DNA from: a virus | DNA: 54,321 bases | UHGV virus genome: UHGV-0135730 | Strand: one strand, 5' to 3' | Shown here: positions 1 through 8,695 of the stretch, piece by piece | How the letters are laid out: each line of letters begins with the position of its first letter | How positions within the stretch are numbered: position 1 is the first letter of the stretch | Translations under genes and position numbers: made by a program | Notes under the pieces: model-generated | What the model saw: only the letters and a program-made list of their open reading frames with translations | The model's database searches: none | Told to the model about the DNA's origin: nothing

Positions 1-361
1 CGTCATTGAGTAGTTTTAATAAGGTTGATGTTTTGAAGTTGGTTGCGCCTACGTTATAGGCGAAGGAATAAAGTGCAGCGCGGGTAAAATCTGATATTTC
101 GACTTTGATATATGGGTCAATCGCTTTTGCGGTTTTGTGCAGATCTTTATTCAATAAAGCATCGCATTCTGATTGCGTGTAAGTCTTACCAAGCATGATG
201 TCTTTTCCGGTGTGACCGTAGCAAACAGTCCATACACCTACAACATCACGATAGGGATCGTGTTCCACGCCCTCTAATGGCTTAATCATCACCGCCGCAA
301 TAGCGATCGCCCCACCAGCCGCCGCCGCAATAATCTTATTCTTCAGCGATTGGCTAATCAT
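1..361 (-). CDS. SAR endolysin (lysozyme), N-terminal segment; continues at 54191-54321
   Basis: ATG at 361; [24 protein letters not shown] signal-anchor then lysozyme-like core ([20 protein letters not shown]); frame continues into window end, resembles P21-type SAR endolysin. Confidence 0.8.
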   Translation of the reverse strand, partial: MISQSLKNKIIAAAAGGAIAIAAVMIKPLEGVEHDPYRDVVGVWTVCYGHTGKDIMLGKTYTQSECDALLNKDLHKTAKAIDPYIKVEISDFTRAALYSFAYNVGATNFKTSTLLKLLND

Positions 362-362
362 G

Positions 363-563
363 TTACTTATTCCCCATTCGCGCGTCGTGTTCCTCTTGCG
401 CTCGCTTGTTCTCCTGTGATTTAAAGTAATAGTTAACGGCAAATGTGCCTATGGTTGATAAGATACCCACAAAGACGGCAATGTCATTGATGGTTATCGC
501 GCCGAAAAAAGCAGTTACGGCCCCGGTCACATACGCACACGCCTCCCGTATTCTGTCGAACAT
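363..563 (-). CDS. Holin, pinholin-like (class II)
   Basis: 66 aa from MFDR with two hydrophobic helices and charged C-terminus; RBS GGAGG; directly upstream of endolysin. ORF-track N-terminal extension rejected. Confidence 0.65.
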   Translation of the reverse strand: MFDRIREACAYVTGAVTAFFGAITINDIAVFVGILSTIGTFAVNYYFKSQENKRAQEEHDARMGNK

Positions 564-577
564 AGATTTTCCTCCAA

Positions 578-606
578 CAAAGCAAAAACCCGGCGCGGGG
601 GCCGGG
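578..606 (-). terminator. Rho-independent terminator upstream of holin (tR'-like)
   Basis: Hairpin CCCGGC-GCGGGG-GCCGGG followed on minus strand by TTTTTGCTTTG; 15 nt upstream of holin RBS. Confidence 0.6.
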
Positions 607-634
607 TAGTTACAGTTTCGCATTGTTAGGTAAT

Positions 635-663
635 ATTTTAATCTGTTTGTTTTCGACCCACAA
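635..663 (-). promoter_or_regulatory. Candidate late promoter (PR'-like) upstream of tR'-like terminator
   Basis: TTGTGG-17-TAAAAT on minus strand; weak -35; position inferred by analogy with lambda PR'/tR'. Confidence 0.25.
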
Positions 664-671
664 ATACGGCT

Positions 672-848
672 TTACGCAGTTCTGTATATCAGTCCGTTAT
701 CAAGCAATGTTTGCATGTGTTCGCGATCCATGTCGCTTAATTCCCAATAAGGAACATCTTCATTCCTTATCATCACCTCTTCGCCTCTTACCAAATAGGC
801 GATGTCAAATACCTTATGCAAATAGATGCCATCTTCGATCTCGTTCAT
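672..848 (-). CDS. Hypothetical small protein (58 aa), paralog of 845-1027
   Basis: MNEIEDGIYLHKVFDIAYLVRGEEV...; ATGA overlap with upstream gene; shares IEDG-Y...V.GE pattern with neighbour. Confidence 0.5.
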   Translation of the reverse strand: MNEIEDGIYLHKVFDIAYLVRGEEVMIRNEDVPYWELSDMDREHMQTLLDNGLIYRTA

Positions 849-1027
849 AGGTCGCTAACCTTTACCAGTTCACCAGCATCAAGAAATATTTTAATTGTTT
901 CTCGCGTCGTCTTAATGATTGGCGCTACCCACTCGCCACCGCCAACGCAGATACGAATATCATCGCCTTCTACGCGGTAAAACAGCCTGTCGACTACTGT
1001 TGCTGCGTACACGCCATCTTCAATCAT
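845..1027 (-). CDS. Hypothetical small protein (60 aa), paralog of 672-848
   Basis: Start at internal ATG with AAGGAG RBS; MIEDGVYAATVVDRLFYRVEGDD... Confidence 0.5.
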   Translation of the reverse strand: MIEDGVYAATVVDRLFYRVEGDDIRICVGGGEWVAPIIKTTRETIKIFLDAGELVKVSDL

Positions 1028-1223
1028 TTTTGCGCTCCTTAATGGCTCGCATGATGTTAATACGCATAGCGTCACTGAATGCGTATATCGTAATGAAAGG
1101 CCAGAAGACTAGCTCGAACCAAATAATGCCGTCACTATCAACAGCTTTCTGAAAAGCGCCCATTAAAATGACGCCAGCCAGGTAAATGATAACCGCCGCA
1201 ATAATAAGGCATTCAATCATCAT
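1020..1223 (-). CDS. Hypothetical membrane protein (two predicted TM helices)
   Basis: Hydrophobic segments IIAAVIIYLAGVILMGAF and FELVFWPFITIYAF; start codon uncertain (several ATGs). Confidence 0.45.
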   Translation of the reverse strand: MMIECLIIAAVIIYLAGVILMGAFQKAVDSDGIIWFELVFWPFITIYAFSDAMRINIMRAIKERKND

Positions 1224-1470
1224 CGTCATCGTCCTCATGTTCAGCCAGGAACTCATCAACCACTCTGTAAGTCACTGGCGGGATGTATTCGAAATCATCA
1301 GAATCAAGATCAAGCGTCCGGCTGTCGCCGTCATCGTCCAGCGTATTCATCCCTAATTCACCGAAAGGGCCGTACCCAATGTGGCCCAGGTATTCGCATC
1401 CAGTCGTAAAGCCAGGGTATTCGCCTTTGCACCTGATCTTGTACAGCTTACTTGATGCGCTCAATTTCAA
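1213..1470 (-). CDS. Hypothetical acidic protein
   Basis: 85 aa ORF with poly-Asp N-terminus; operon orientation. Confidence 0.4.
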   Translation of the reverse strand: MKLSASSKLYKIRCKGEYPGFTTGCEYLGHIGYGPFGELGMNTLDDDGDSRTLDLDSDDFEYIPPVTYRVVDEFLAEHEDDDDDD

Positions 1471-1771
1471 TTCCCCCTTCTACCCCTTCAGTCATTTTGT
1501 ATTCCGCAAACAGTTCAGCGCCAAGTAATTCGACATCAGTATCACCAATACCAGGGAACGCCAGATAAGCAAAAATAAGGCTTTTAATTCTATTCGGGTC
1601 TTCAAGATGGTCTGCATTAAAAGGCGGTTCAGTTACATGGAAGCATTTAACGTGCGTGTCGTCTTCAGTGGCTACACGGAAACATGCGCCAGGTTGTCCG
1701 GCGAATTGCCCCAATGTTTCCTTGCTCGGTAAAGTGCCACGAAAAACTTTAACGCTGATAAATTTGTACAT
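1448..1771 (-). CDS. Hypothetical protein
   Basis: 107 aa ORF in same-strand gene train. Confidence 0.45.
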   Translation of the reverse strand: MYKFISVKVFRGTLPSKETLGQFAGQPGACFRVATEDDTHVKCFHVTEPPFNADHLEDPNRIKSLIFAYLAFPGIGDTDVELLGAELFAEYKMTEGVEGGIEIERIK

Positions 1772-1794
1772 TGCTTATTCTCCTTAGTAATAAA

Positions 1795-2094
1795 TTAAAA
1801 TTCAGCACCAGGTAAGCTACGCGCTTTATTTATAACATCTTGTTTTAACAATAATAGTGAGTGATAATGCATGTTAAACATTCTGCAAAGTGGTGTTTCA
1901 CTATTTTCTGACTTAATTTTGAATAACTGGTTTGCAGTAAAAATCATGTCGTCGTCTGTTATGTATAACCAGTCGCCGCGCTTACCAACAACAATATGAG
2001 ATTTTCCCCAGCTATCTTTAAATTCATAATTGCAGAAGACATCACCTTTAGGCACTTCAACGAAACAGCACGCTATGAATTTATCGCTTTTCAT
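1795..2094 (-). CDS. Hypothetical protein (AT-rich)
   Basis: 99 aa ORF; lower GC than flanks. Confidence 0.45.
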   Translation of the reverse strand: MKSDKFIACCFVEVPKGDVFCNYEFKDSWGKSHIVVGKRGDWLYITDDDMIFTANQLFKIKSENSETPLCRMFNMHYHSLLLLKQDVINKARSLPGAEF

Positions 2095-2137
2095 GATTCA
2101 ACCCTTCTGGTTTGATGGGGCCATCCGACCCCGTGCT

Positions 2138-2278
2138 TTATCCTTCTTTGCCTCCTTTGAACCCCAAACACTCCGCGTATTCGTCAATGCTTAATGCTTC
2201 TTCACCTGGTGCCAGCAATTCAAAGTAGCGGGCATATAACTCAAAAACCCATGCCGGATATTTAGCGTTAGCGCTCAT
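2138..2278 (-). CDS. Hypothetical small protein (46 aa)
   Basis: MSANAKYPAWVFELYARYFELLAPGEE...; GGAGG RBS; not in ORF track (short). Confidence 0.4.
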   Translation of the reverse strand: MSANAKYPAWVFELYARYFELLAPGEEALSIDEYAECLGFKGGKEG

Positions 2279-2311
2279 CTTCTTGCCTCCCCTCCGCCTT
2301 TCCGTGGCTTA

Positions 2312-2355
2312 TATATAACAAAATGGCACTGTCGAAACAATGCCATTTCGTATAC
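2312..2355 (-). promoter_or_regulatory. Candidate sigma70 promoter with upstream TACGAAATGGC motif
   Basis: Minus strand GTATACGAAATGGC-A-TTGTTT-17-TATATA; palindromic arms AAATGGCA/TGCCATTT. Confidence 0.4.
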
Positions 2356-2392
2356 TTTGCGAGGTAGATCACATTTATTGGTGAGAACTATA

Positions 2393-2608
2393 TTACCACT
2401 TAACGAAACGCGCCATAACTCGATTGTCAAAGCTGCCCTTAACAACCCCTTTTGCGTGATCTCCGTAAAATTGCCACGCATCGCCATCATTATCTTTTAC
2501 ATAATGAATACCTACAGCGCCGCGCTTGCACCCATTGAGAAGGTCAACGCTATATGACTCACCAACAGTAAAGTGAACAGTGTCAGAGTAAACACATCTT
2601 GCAAACAT
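2393..2608 (-). CDS. Hypothetical protein
   Basis: 71 aa ORF in gene train. Confidence 0.4.
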   Translation of the reverse strand: MFARCVYSDTVHFTVGESYSVDLLNGCKRGAVGIHYVKDNDGDAWQFYGDHAKGVVKGSFDNRVMARFVKW

Positions 2609-2610
2609 AA

Positions 2611-2862
2611 TCAGAAAACCCCTTTATAATCTGCCGTGTATTTTGCAACCAATTTCCATTCACAATAGTTTTCCATGTCGCGCGGTTGCCAGCCTTTCAT
2701 GCCTACAGCACCACGCACGCCGTGGCGACGATAATTATCGTTATAGTCAGCTACGCACCACGGCTGAAGCACAAACATGTAATTGGCCTCGTTAACCAGG
2801 ATCGCCATCTGCTTTCCTGTTGCCTTATCTTTCGCCCGGAAATAACTTACCCTGATTTTCAT
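2611..2862 (-). CDS. Hypothetical protein
   Basis: 83 aa ORF; start may be a downstream ATG (overlap with upstream gene). Confidence 0.4.
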   Translation of the reverse strand: MKIRVSYFRAKDKATGKQMAILVNEANYMFVLQPWCVADYNDNYRRHGVRGAVGMKGWQPRDMENYCEWKLVAKYTADYKGVF

Positions 2863-3073
2863 TTTGATATACCTCTATCAACATTTCTTCCTCAAGGTTG
2901 GCAGGACGTTTACGGAATACCCCGGCAAAAACCAGATCGTCGAGCAAGTCTTTGCTCTTAAATAGCCATTCCTTCATTATTACCCCATCGTCGCTGCGAT
3001 ATACCACGCTGTTTTTCAGAAAATAAAACGTGTGCGTGTTTGTCTGGAGGTACAGATCTTCGTAAACGTCCAT
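2825..3073 (-). CDS. Hypothetical protein
   Basis: 82 aa ORF in gene train. Confidence 0.4.
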   Translation of the reverse strand: MDVYEDLYLQTNTHTFYFLKNSVVYRSDDGVIMKEWLFKSKDLLDDLVFAGVFRKRPANLEEEMLIEVYQNENQGKLFPGER

Positions 3074-3077
3074 GATG

Positions 3078-3305
3078 TTAACCCTCGACTACTTCCAGCC
3101 CGCGCCCCTTGTCGCCAACGAAGTCCCCCAGGCTGAACGTATACGACCATGCCGGATTAATGTAATGGTCATCAGCGCCAGCGGCTATCAGGTCAGCACC
3201 GTTAATCATGCAAGTGACATTATCACTATGCACAACTTTAACGACCTTACCAACAACCTGTTTCAGTGACGGATAACCGTGATCGTGCAAGAATTTTACT
3301 TTCAC
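3078..3305 (-). CDS. Hypothetical protein
   Basis: 75 aa ORF, tightly spaced. Confidence 0.4.
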   Translation of the reverse strand: MKVKFLHDHGYPSLKQVVGKVVKVVHSDNVTCMINGADLIAAGADDHYINPAWSYTFSLGDFVGDKGRGLEVVEG

Positions 3306-3580
3306 TCTTCTGCCTCCCAGCGCTCAATACTGATTAAAAAGTCCCGGATAGCGTGGCGCTCGTCGCGCGTTGGTTTGCGTTTCCGGTAGATCCTGAAATC
3401 GAACCATTCTTTTTCCTGCTCAAAATCCAGGTCGTAAGCAAGCGCCTCAATGTATCCGCATTCGTGATACCAGTACGCAACGCCAGCACGAACAAAAAAG
3501 CGGGTTTTATCCCGCTTGTGCTCATAGATACGCATATTCACCCCGTTATGCTGTTGTGTAGCTGTCAACCAGTTTTTCAT
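3302..3580 (-). CDS. Hypothetical protein
   Basis: 92 aa ORF, 4-nt overlap with next gene. Confidence 0.4.
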   Translation of the reverse strand: MKNWLTATQQHNGVNMRIYEHKRDKTRFFVRAGVAYWYHECGYIEALAYDLDFEQEKEWFDFRIYRKRKPTRDERHAIRDFLISIERWEAEE

Positions 3581-3776
3581 CTTTCATTCTGGCAAGCTGT
3601 GCGATGTTCATCGTGTAGCCGCCATCAGCGAAAAGCAATTCCGCCGCAGCGCGACGGAAAGCAATATCATCATGGTTACGTGTCCATGTAGCGATCACAA
3701 CGCGTTTCCCGTTAGTGGCGAACATAGACAATTCGTTATCAACAACGTCGATAGCACACCAGATTTTTAGCTCCAT
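3546..3776 (-). CDS. Hypothetical protein
   Basis: 76 aa ORF. Confidence 0.35.
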   Translation of the reverse strand: MELKIWCAIDVVDNELSMFATNGKRVVIATWTRNHDDIAFRRAAAELLFADGGYTMNIAQLARMKDEKLVDSYTTA

Positions 3777-4132
3777 GACTTATCCCCGTAGATCTTGAAT
3801 AGTTCGCGCTCTTCCTGGTCTTCAACTATCCCTATATGCAGATCACGCAGGCGGCGCATTGTGCGGAATCGTGGCCTGAACTCCTGGCTGCGTTTAATGT
3901 ACTTACCGCCAATTGAGTAAATGTGTCCGTATGAGTACCATCTATTCCCTACCCATATTTCATATTCCTTTCCTTCGTAATTGAATTTTATCGTTAGCTC
4001 TCCGACTTCAACTATTAACCCTTTGTCAATAATGTCGTTAAGCATTTCATCCCATTCTTTTAGAAATGGTTGTTGATAAAAACCAAAAATCGTATTAACA
4101 GCGTGACAGAGATAATCAATGATTATTTGCAT
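3767..4132 (-). CDS. Hypothetical protein (AT-rich)
   Basis: 121 aa ORF. Confidence 0.45.
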   Translation of the reverse strand: MQIIIDYLCHAVNTIFGFYQQPFLKEWDEMLNDIIDKGLIVEVGELTIKFNYEGKEYEIWVGNRWYSYGHIYSIGGKYIKRSQEFRPRFRTMRRLRDLHIGIVEDQEERELFKIYGDKSWS

Positions 4133-4136
4133 ATTA

Positions 4137-4352
4137 TCACCACATCATATAATAAACGTTGTCGTTAGCTACTTCGTCAGCTTGTTCTTGTGTTAATAGC
4201 GGTGCGCTTTCCATAAAAGCATCAGAGTAATGCCATTCATAAACAAGCATTCGCGCCCATTTACGGCGCTGGCGCTTATTGCGACGCAGATCATCAAAAG
4301 CCTTTAATGCTTTGTCATACGCCCTTACCAGGCGCTTACGGTTACTTTTCAT
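4137..4352 (-). CDS. Hypothetical basic protein
   Basis: 71 aa ORF, Arg/Lys-rich. Confidence 0.4.
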   Translation of the reverse strand: MKSNRKRLVRAYDKALKAFDDLRRNKRQRRKWARMLVYEWHYSDAFMESAPLLTQEQADEVANDNVYYMMW

Positions 4353-4654
4353 TTTTCACCTCTTAGCATCCAATTCACATCGCATTTAATTGCGAATACC
4401 TTAACAGGATCAGGGCCGAACAATGGATGTATGATTGTTTTCACTTCATAGCCAAAATAAGGTAGGTCTATAATCCGGTGTTTTTCGTGTCCTGCCGGAT
4501 AACCCCATTTAATGAACAAACGTTCATACTCCCGACCTTCCAGGCGCTTGCGCCAGTAGTCATTATAAAGCCGGTATTCCTCCACCTTCTTTCCCGCACG
4601 GATAGCGTGGAAGTATTCTCCTTTTAAATTCAAATGCAGGTGTTTACTTGCCAT
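4349..4654 (-). CDS. ASCH-domain-like protein
   Basis: GxKxxExR-type motif (IRAGKKVEEYR) typical of ASCH/PUA-like fold; start at MASKHL. Confidence 0.45.
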   Translation of the reverse strand: MASKHLHLNLKGEYFHAIRAGKKVEEYRLYNDYWRKRLEGREYERLFIKWGYPAGHEKHRIIDLPYFGYEVKTIIHPLFGPDPVKVFAIKCDVNWMLRGEK

Positions 4655-4913
4655 CGCTATGATCCTGTAAACAGTCGTTATAGCCTTCAATGTATCCAGT
4701 TAACCCAGTGTTGCTAACAGACCAGTCAGCCGAACGGCGCTTGATGGCCTTGTCTATAGTCATTTCATCGCCCTGGCCGCCTGGCTCAATGTATTTTCTC
4801 AAATCCCTTGCTATCCATTCCCTTAGCTGTTGCGTATCACTGAGCACACGCGCCGTCAGTGTCAGTTCGTTAACCAGCTTTGCAAATAGATGTTCTTTTA
4901 ATTTAGGCTTCAT
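4644..4913 (-). CDS. Hypothetical protein
   Basis: 89 aa ORF. Confidence 0.4.
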   Translation of the reverse strand: MKPKLKEHLFAKLVNELTLTARVLSDTQQLREWIARDLRKYIEPGGQGDEMTIDKAIKRRSADWSVSNTGLTGYIEGYNDCLQDHSDGK

Positions 4914-5103
4914 CTTTCACCTCGCGACGATAGATATTTACTGGCTTAACCGGGATGGCGTTAAAATCCCCTTCATCCAGTGCGGCAATAAACGTTAGCG
5001 CCAACCGTGCTTCAACACCGCTTAAATACTTGCACCATGCCTCACCGTTATGATCTTCAAAAAGAATAACCACTTTTTTCATGTTTATTTCTTGTTGTTC
5101 CAT
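4903..5103 (-). CDS. Hypothetical protein
   Basis: 66 aa ORF immediately downstream of Q. Confidence 0.4.
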   Translation of the reverse strand: MEQQEINMKKVVILFEDHNGEAWCKYLSGVEARLALTFIAALDEGDFNAIPVKPVNIYRREVKDEA

Positions 5104-5831
5104 TATTCACCCCGTGTCACTCGTTTAATTTCGTTATCAGCCCGCGCCTCTTCTTTGAACAATTCAGCAATGGCGTCTTCATAGAAAGCACGGTATTTCT
5201 TCCACCATGTTGATCGGCTTACCGGAAAAACAAGCTGATTAACCGCCTGTCGGACAAGATCTACAGGGAAACGCGAGTACCCGCGCCCGCCGCAGTGCTG
5301 GCACGTTTTGAACACTGGCATTTCCGCCGCTTCACTGGCTGCTTTATCCGGTACTTCGCCACGACCCTTGCACCGCTGGCAATGGTTTTTAACGTAGCCT
5401 TTGCCGCCGCACCGCGAGCAAACTGTCGATGCGTACTCACAATATGGATGTGGTGAAAGCCCGTTACCGCCGCACTTAGGGCAAACTTTTTCGGTCGCTG
5501 CACTCTGGCAATAATCCCGAAACGCGAAAACGGCAACAAGAATAATGAGATCATTGCGTTTGGCCTCGTCCAGTTCCATAACGTATTCATATTCTTTTGC
5601 CATAGCTCTTAAACGCTCTGTAAGCAAAACTACGGCCTTATGTTTTTCGGCTTGTGATAGTTCCATCTTTCCCAAAAAAGCGCTATAGCCAAGCTCTACG
5701 CGCGATTGCGCCATACCTGCGGCAGTTAGTGCATCCGTAGTATTAAGCGCATCCGGGGACGTGCCCCGGCTTTCATCTGATAAACGCGGTGATTTTGGGA
5801 AGTGGAATTTGAGAATAGATTCCAGATTCAT
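5103..5831 (-). CDS. Q: Late-gene antiterminator Q (lambda Q family)
   Basis: MNLESILKFHFPKSPRLSDESRGTSPD closely parallels lambda Q N-terminus; multiple CxxC zinc-binding motifs. Confidence 0.85.
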   Translation of the reverse strand: MNLESILKFHFPKSPRLSDESRGTSPDALNTTDALTAAGMAQSRVELGYSAFLGKMELSQAEKHKAVVLLTERLRAMAKEYEYVMELDEAKRNDLIILVAVFAFRDYCQSAATEKVCPKCGGNGLSPHPYCEYASTVCSRCGGKGYVKNHCQRCKGRGEVPDKAASEAAEMPVFKTCQHCGGRGYSRFPVDLVRQAVNQLVFPVSRSTWWKKYRAFYEDAIAELFKEEARADNEIKRVTRGE

Positions 5832-6013
5832 TACTTGCCCCCGTAACGCGCAACAAGTCTTTTGCGATCAGATATTGCCTGCACCAACTTTCTTTCAAGC
5901 TCTTTAAGTGCAAGCAATTCTCGCATGTGGAAAGCCTGTATTTGTCGCACAGTCTCTAAATCATGCTCATCGCGCTGAATATCTATTTGCAGATCTTTAA
6001 TTTCGTTTTTCAT
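5831..6013 (-). CDS. Hypothetical coiled-coil protein
   Basis: 60 aa ORF between RusA and Q. Confidence 0.4.
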   Translation of the reverse strand: MKNEIKDLQIDIQRDEHDLETVRQIQAFHMRELLALKELERKLVQAISDRKRLVARYGGK

Positions 6014-6016
6014 TTG

Positions 6017-6418
6017 TCACCCCCACATATTAGTTTCGTATTCACCAATATCCGGTAACAGGTCGCCGCGTTCGCGTACCTTAATAAACAATCGCCCGCC
6101 TTTTACCTTCCGGCAGCGAACAATTTTTATTGAGTCAATTTGCCCGTCATCCATCCAGAATCCGGCATAAGTAAGGCTGTCAAAAAGGCATTTAGGGATA
6201 TTATCCAGATCTCTGATCCGGTTATCCGGCGGCGCGGCGTAAATGGCAATTGCCAGTCGGCAAGGTAGGTTAATATTTAAATTTAATAGCTCGATGATGT
6301 CTCTTACTTGTTCCCTGTATTCCTTCCCTACTTTGCTGATATAATGAAAACCGCGCGAATGTCGGTAATAGCGATTATTCGATGGCGGGTAAGGCAGGCT
6401 AAAAGAATATTCATTCAT
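6017..6418 (-). CDS. rusA: Holliday junction resolvase RusA
   Basis: 133 aa, RusA-like size and conserved acidic residues; nin-region context. Confidence 0.7.
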   Translation of the reverse strand: MNEYSFSLPYPPSNNRYYRHSRGFHYISKVGKEYREQVRDIIELLNLNINLPCRLAIAIYAAPPDNRIRDLDNIPKCLFDSLTYAGFWMDDGQIDSIKIVRCRKVKGGRLFIKVRERGDLLPDIGEYETNMWG

Positions 6419-7020
6419 GCCGCCTTTCTCCTTAAGGCGTCCAATTTAGCCTGATAGACTTTTATGATTTCCTTACATTCTTCTATCGTCCATTTGTGAG
6501 TTTCGTTGTTGTTCTCCAGCGCTACCACCCTGGCGAGGCCAATTTTTCGAATCAGTGCCGGGCGATACCCTCCGATGTTGCCGTCTAGTGTCTGGTTGCA
6601 GTGCCTGCATTGTTTATGGCAATTATCCTCGTTAAAGCGAAGATGTCCGGCGGCGGCTACCGTCCTGTAATGGCCCGCATCCCACCCGCATTGCTCACCG
6701 TAGTAAGTACCGCAAGATATACACGGCAAGCGCGCGTCACGTTCGCGAATATAGGCGTTAAATACATTTTGAACTTGTTTGATCCAATAACTACGCGGAT
6801 TTAACTGCTTCCGCTTCCGGTTGCGCTCTTCCCGCTGGCGGTCGCGGCGTTTCTTCCGCTCCATAGCCTTCATAGCCTTCTCACGGTCGCGGCATAGCTG
6901 ATCAAATTTCAGCTCTTCCAGACACTCATCACTGCACCACGTTTGATTATGGTATTTAGGCTCAAAAAAAACGCCGCAGCATTTGCAACGGCGTTTTATG
7001 GGTTTTTTAGGGTTCTGCAT
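6415..7020 (-). CDS. ninG: NinG (Rap) recombination protein
   Basis: RSYWIKQVQNVFNAYIRERDARLPCISCGT...WDAGHYRTVAAAGHLRFNE..NCHKQC matches lambda NinG; ATG at 7020. Confidence 0.85.
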   Translation of the reverse strand: MQNPKKPIKRRCKCCGVFFEPKYHNQTWCSDECLEELKFDQLCRDREKAMKAMERKKRRDRQREERNRKRKQLNPRSYWIKQVQNVFNAYIRERDARLPCISCGTYYGEQCGWDAGHYRTVAAAGHLRFNEDNCHKQCRHCNQTLDGNIGGYRPALIRKIGLARVVALENNNETHKWTIEECKEIIKVYQAKLDALRRKAA

Positions 7021-7034
7021 AAAAACCACCCCGA

Positions 7035-7211
7035 TTATTTTTGATTCTCTGTTTCGTTCAGCCTTTCGGCGTGTCCGGCCCTTAGCCAATGATCTAAACA
7101 TTCGTTGCACTCGTTACAGCCTCCTTTCTTTGTGCTGCATACATTGCACATTGCACGCATGACGCTTTCTCGTTCATAGTCGTCATGCCATTGGTAATTA
7201 TCAAAAGACAT
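7035..7211 (-). CDS. Hypothetical Cys-rich small protein (58 aa)
   Basis: Strong AGGAGGG RBS; CNVC...CNECNEC motifs suggest zinc ribbon. Confidence 0.5.
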   Translation of the reverse strand: MSFDNYQWHDDYERESVMRAMCNVCSTKKGGCNECNECLDHWLRAGHAERLNETENQK

Positions 7212-7291
7212 AATGCTCCCTCCTTTTCAGGTGATTTATACGCATTTCAGCGCTGCCGGATTTTTAAAGAGCATTTTGTTTGCTTGAAGTA

Positions 7292-7366
7292 TACAAAATG
7301 GATACATGCAAACAAGACAAAAAGCGCCATTATGTGATCCGCATCACGCAATGACGCCATTTTGTA
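7292..7366. promoter_or_regulatory. Intergenic regulatory region: divergent TACAAAATGG motifs flanking palindrome TGTGATCCGCATCACG
   Basis: TACAAAATGG at 7292-7301 (+) and 7357-7366 (-); TGTGA-N6-TCACG palindrome at 7333-7348. Confidence 0.45.
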
Positions 7367-7370
7367 AACT

Positions 7371-8153
7371 TCAGTCCGGTAAAACGCGGTTGAGCGTAGT
7401 ACGATTGATGGCCCGGTCGTTAGCCATAAATACAGCACGGGCAAAGCCGCGCGGCGTTAGTGAGCGGATCATCTTTGTTCGTTTCGTCCGGCCTCCAGTT
7501 TTAGCCCACCCTGGGTTATCACCAGAATTAAGATCTACAGCCCTGAAAAGCGGCCGTTTGAATCCGTTGCCGCACCATATGCAAGTTTTCTTCGTGTAAG
7601 CGTCGCGCGGCGGGTAAACATCCGGGAAAGCAGGATGCTTGTCGTCTTCCGGCAGGTAGCCACCGTAAGCGCACGGATTGAAGATAAAATCCGGTTTACG
7701 CCATAGCGTTGACAGTGCTCCCACCGGATTTTCCACCATCCACGGCACGTTATACATATTCGCCAGTTTTTCTACCAATTTTGCGTTATACGCCGCCTTT
7801 ACCTGGAAGTCAGGATCTTCTTTTCGCTTGTCAGCGAACCAGCGAGCGCCAGACACGGCGAGATTGTCGCATGGCGGGAAGCCCAGGATAATATCAGGCT
7901 CCGGGTAAACTGATAATTCAGGCGAGAACATCACCAGGAAGTGACTGTCAATCCACACGTTAACGTATTCAATATTCGGGTGAATGATTTTAACGCCTTC
8001 ATAATCGCCGTGATTTGCGCCGTCATAGTTGAAGCAATAGCATTTATATCCTGCTTCCGCCCAGTCTTTAACGGCGTACCCGCTGCCGTCGTACAGCGAC
8101 CACACAACCCAGTTTCTTAGCCAGTTATTTAACCAGTGTTTAGCCTTGCTCAT
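7371..8153 (-). CDS. DNA cytosine-C5 methyltransferase-like protein (divergent)
   Basis: Order of motifs resembles C5-MTases: YDGSGY (motif I-like), GFPPCDNLAVSGA (motif IV-like, PCD in place of PCQ), ENPVG (motif VI-like). Confidence 0.35.
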   Translation of the reverse strand: MSKAKHWLNNWLRNWVVWSLYDGSGYAVKDWAEAGYKCYCFNYDGANHGDYEGVKIIHPNIEYVNVWIDSHFLVMFSPELSVYPEPDIILGFPPCDNLAVSGARWFADKRKEDPDFQVKAAYNAKLVEKLANMYNVPWMVENPVGALSTLWRKPDFIFNPCAYGGYLPEDDKHPAFPDVYPPRDAYTKKTCIWCGNGFKRPLFRAVDLNSGDNPGWAKTGGRTKRTKMIRSLTPRGFARAVFMANDRAINRTTLNRVLPD

Positions 8154-8695
8154 TTTTTGCCCTCAAACGTGAAATAGCGGCGCATGATGATAGTGATCAC
8201 CGTCACCGCTGCCATTTTTGAGATAAACTGCATCGCTGATATTTCCGGCATAAACGCCATAAACGATAGCGTCGGGAAAATTAACGCATCCCCGATGGCT
8301 GAAGCTATATTTGCAGGCCAGCGTTTCGAATCGAAATCACCAGGCAAAACCCGGTAAACACCGCCAGATATAAGCGCACCGGAAACAACCGCGACGAATG
8401 ACGCTATTGCTACCATTCCTGCATCGTAATTTATTAGCACCGTGATTGCGCCAGCGGCGGCGCATGTTGTAGCCGACCATTTCAGGCCGCCGTCATATAA
8501 CAGGAAGTCACGGATCATCATATTGACACATACAGCGGCTACCGTAGTGATCGGAATTACCCACGGGCCGCAATGGTTAACAATAAGGTTGATGATCACG
8601 AAAACGGCGACATAAACGCAGGCCAATAACCTGTCAATTGTCACCTTTTTCATTTGGGTCATACCTCTTATCGCGAATAGCTTCAGATCTGTCAA
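8150..8695 (-). CDS. Multi-pass inner membrane protein, unknown function
   Basis: 181 aa with at least 5 hydrophobic helices; overlaps neighbours. Confidence 0.5.
   Translation of the reverse strand: MTDLKLFAIRGMTQMKKVTIDRLLACVYVAVFVIINLIVNHCGPWVIPITTVAAVCVNMMIRDFLLYDGGLKWSATTCAAAGAITVLINYDAGMVAIASFVAVVSGALISGGVYRVLPGDFDSKRWPANIASAIGDALIFPTLSFMAFMPEISAMQFISKMAAVTVITIIMRRYFTFEGKK

Noticed and set aside
363-623. Full 86-aa ORF as the holin
   Set aside because: The N-terminal 20 codons run through the upstream terminator hairpin and precede the GGAGG RBS; the 66-aa product from ATG 563 fits a pinholin-like protein.
5261-5590. 109-aa ORF in an alternative frame within Q
   Set aside because: Fully embedded in the well-supported Q gene; Arg/Ala-rich composition typical of spurious frames in GC-rich coding sequence.
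7306-7908. Plus-strand ORFs (7306-7599, 7678-7908, 7709-7891) antisense to the methyltransferase-like gene
   Set aside because: Antisense to a coherent minus-strand gene train; no RBS; Arg/Ser/Pro-rich.
8150-8695. Queuosine-precursor (YhhQ-like) transporter assignment for the membrane protein
   Set aside because: Only a vague compositional resemblance; no diagnostic motif recalled, so called a generic membrane protein.
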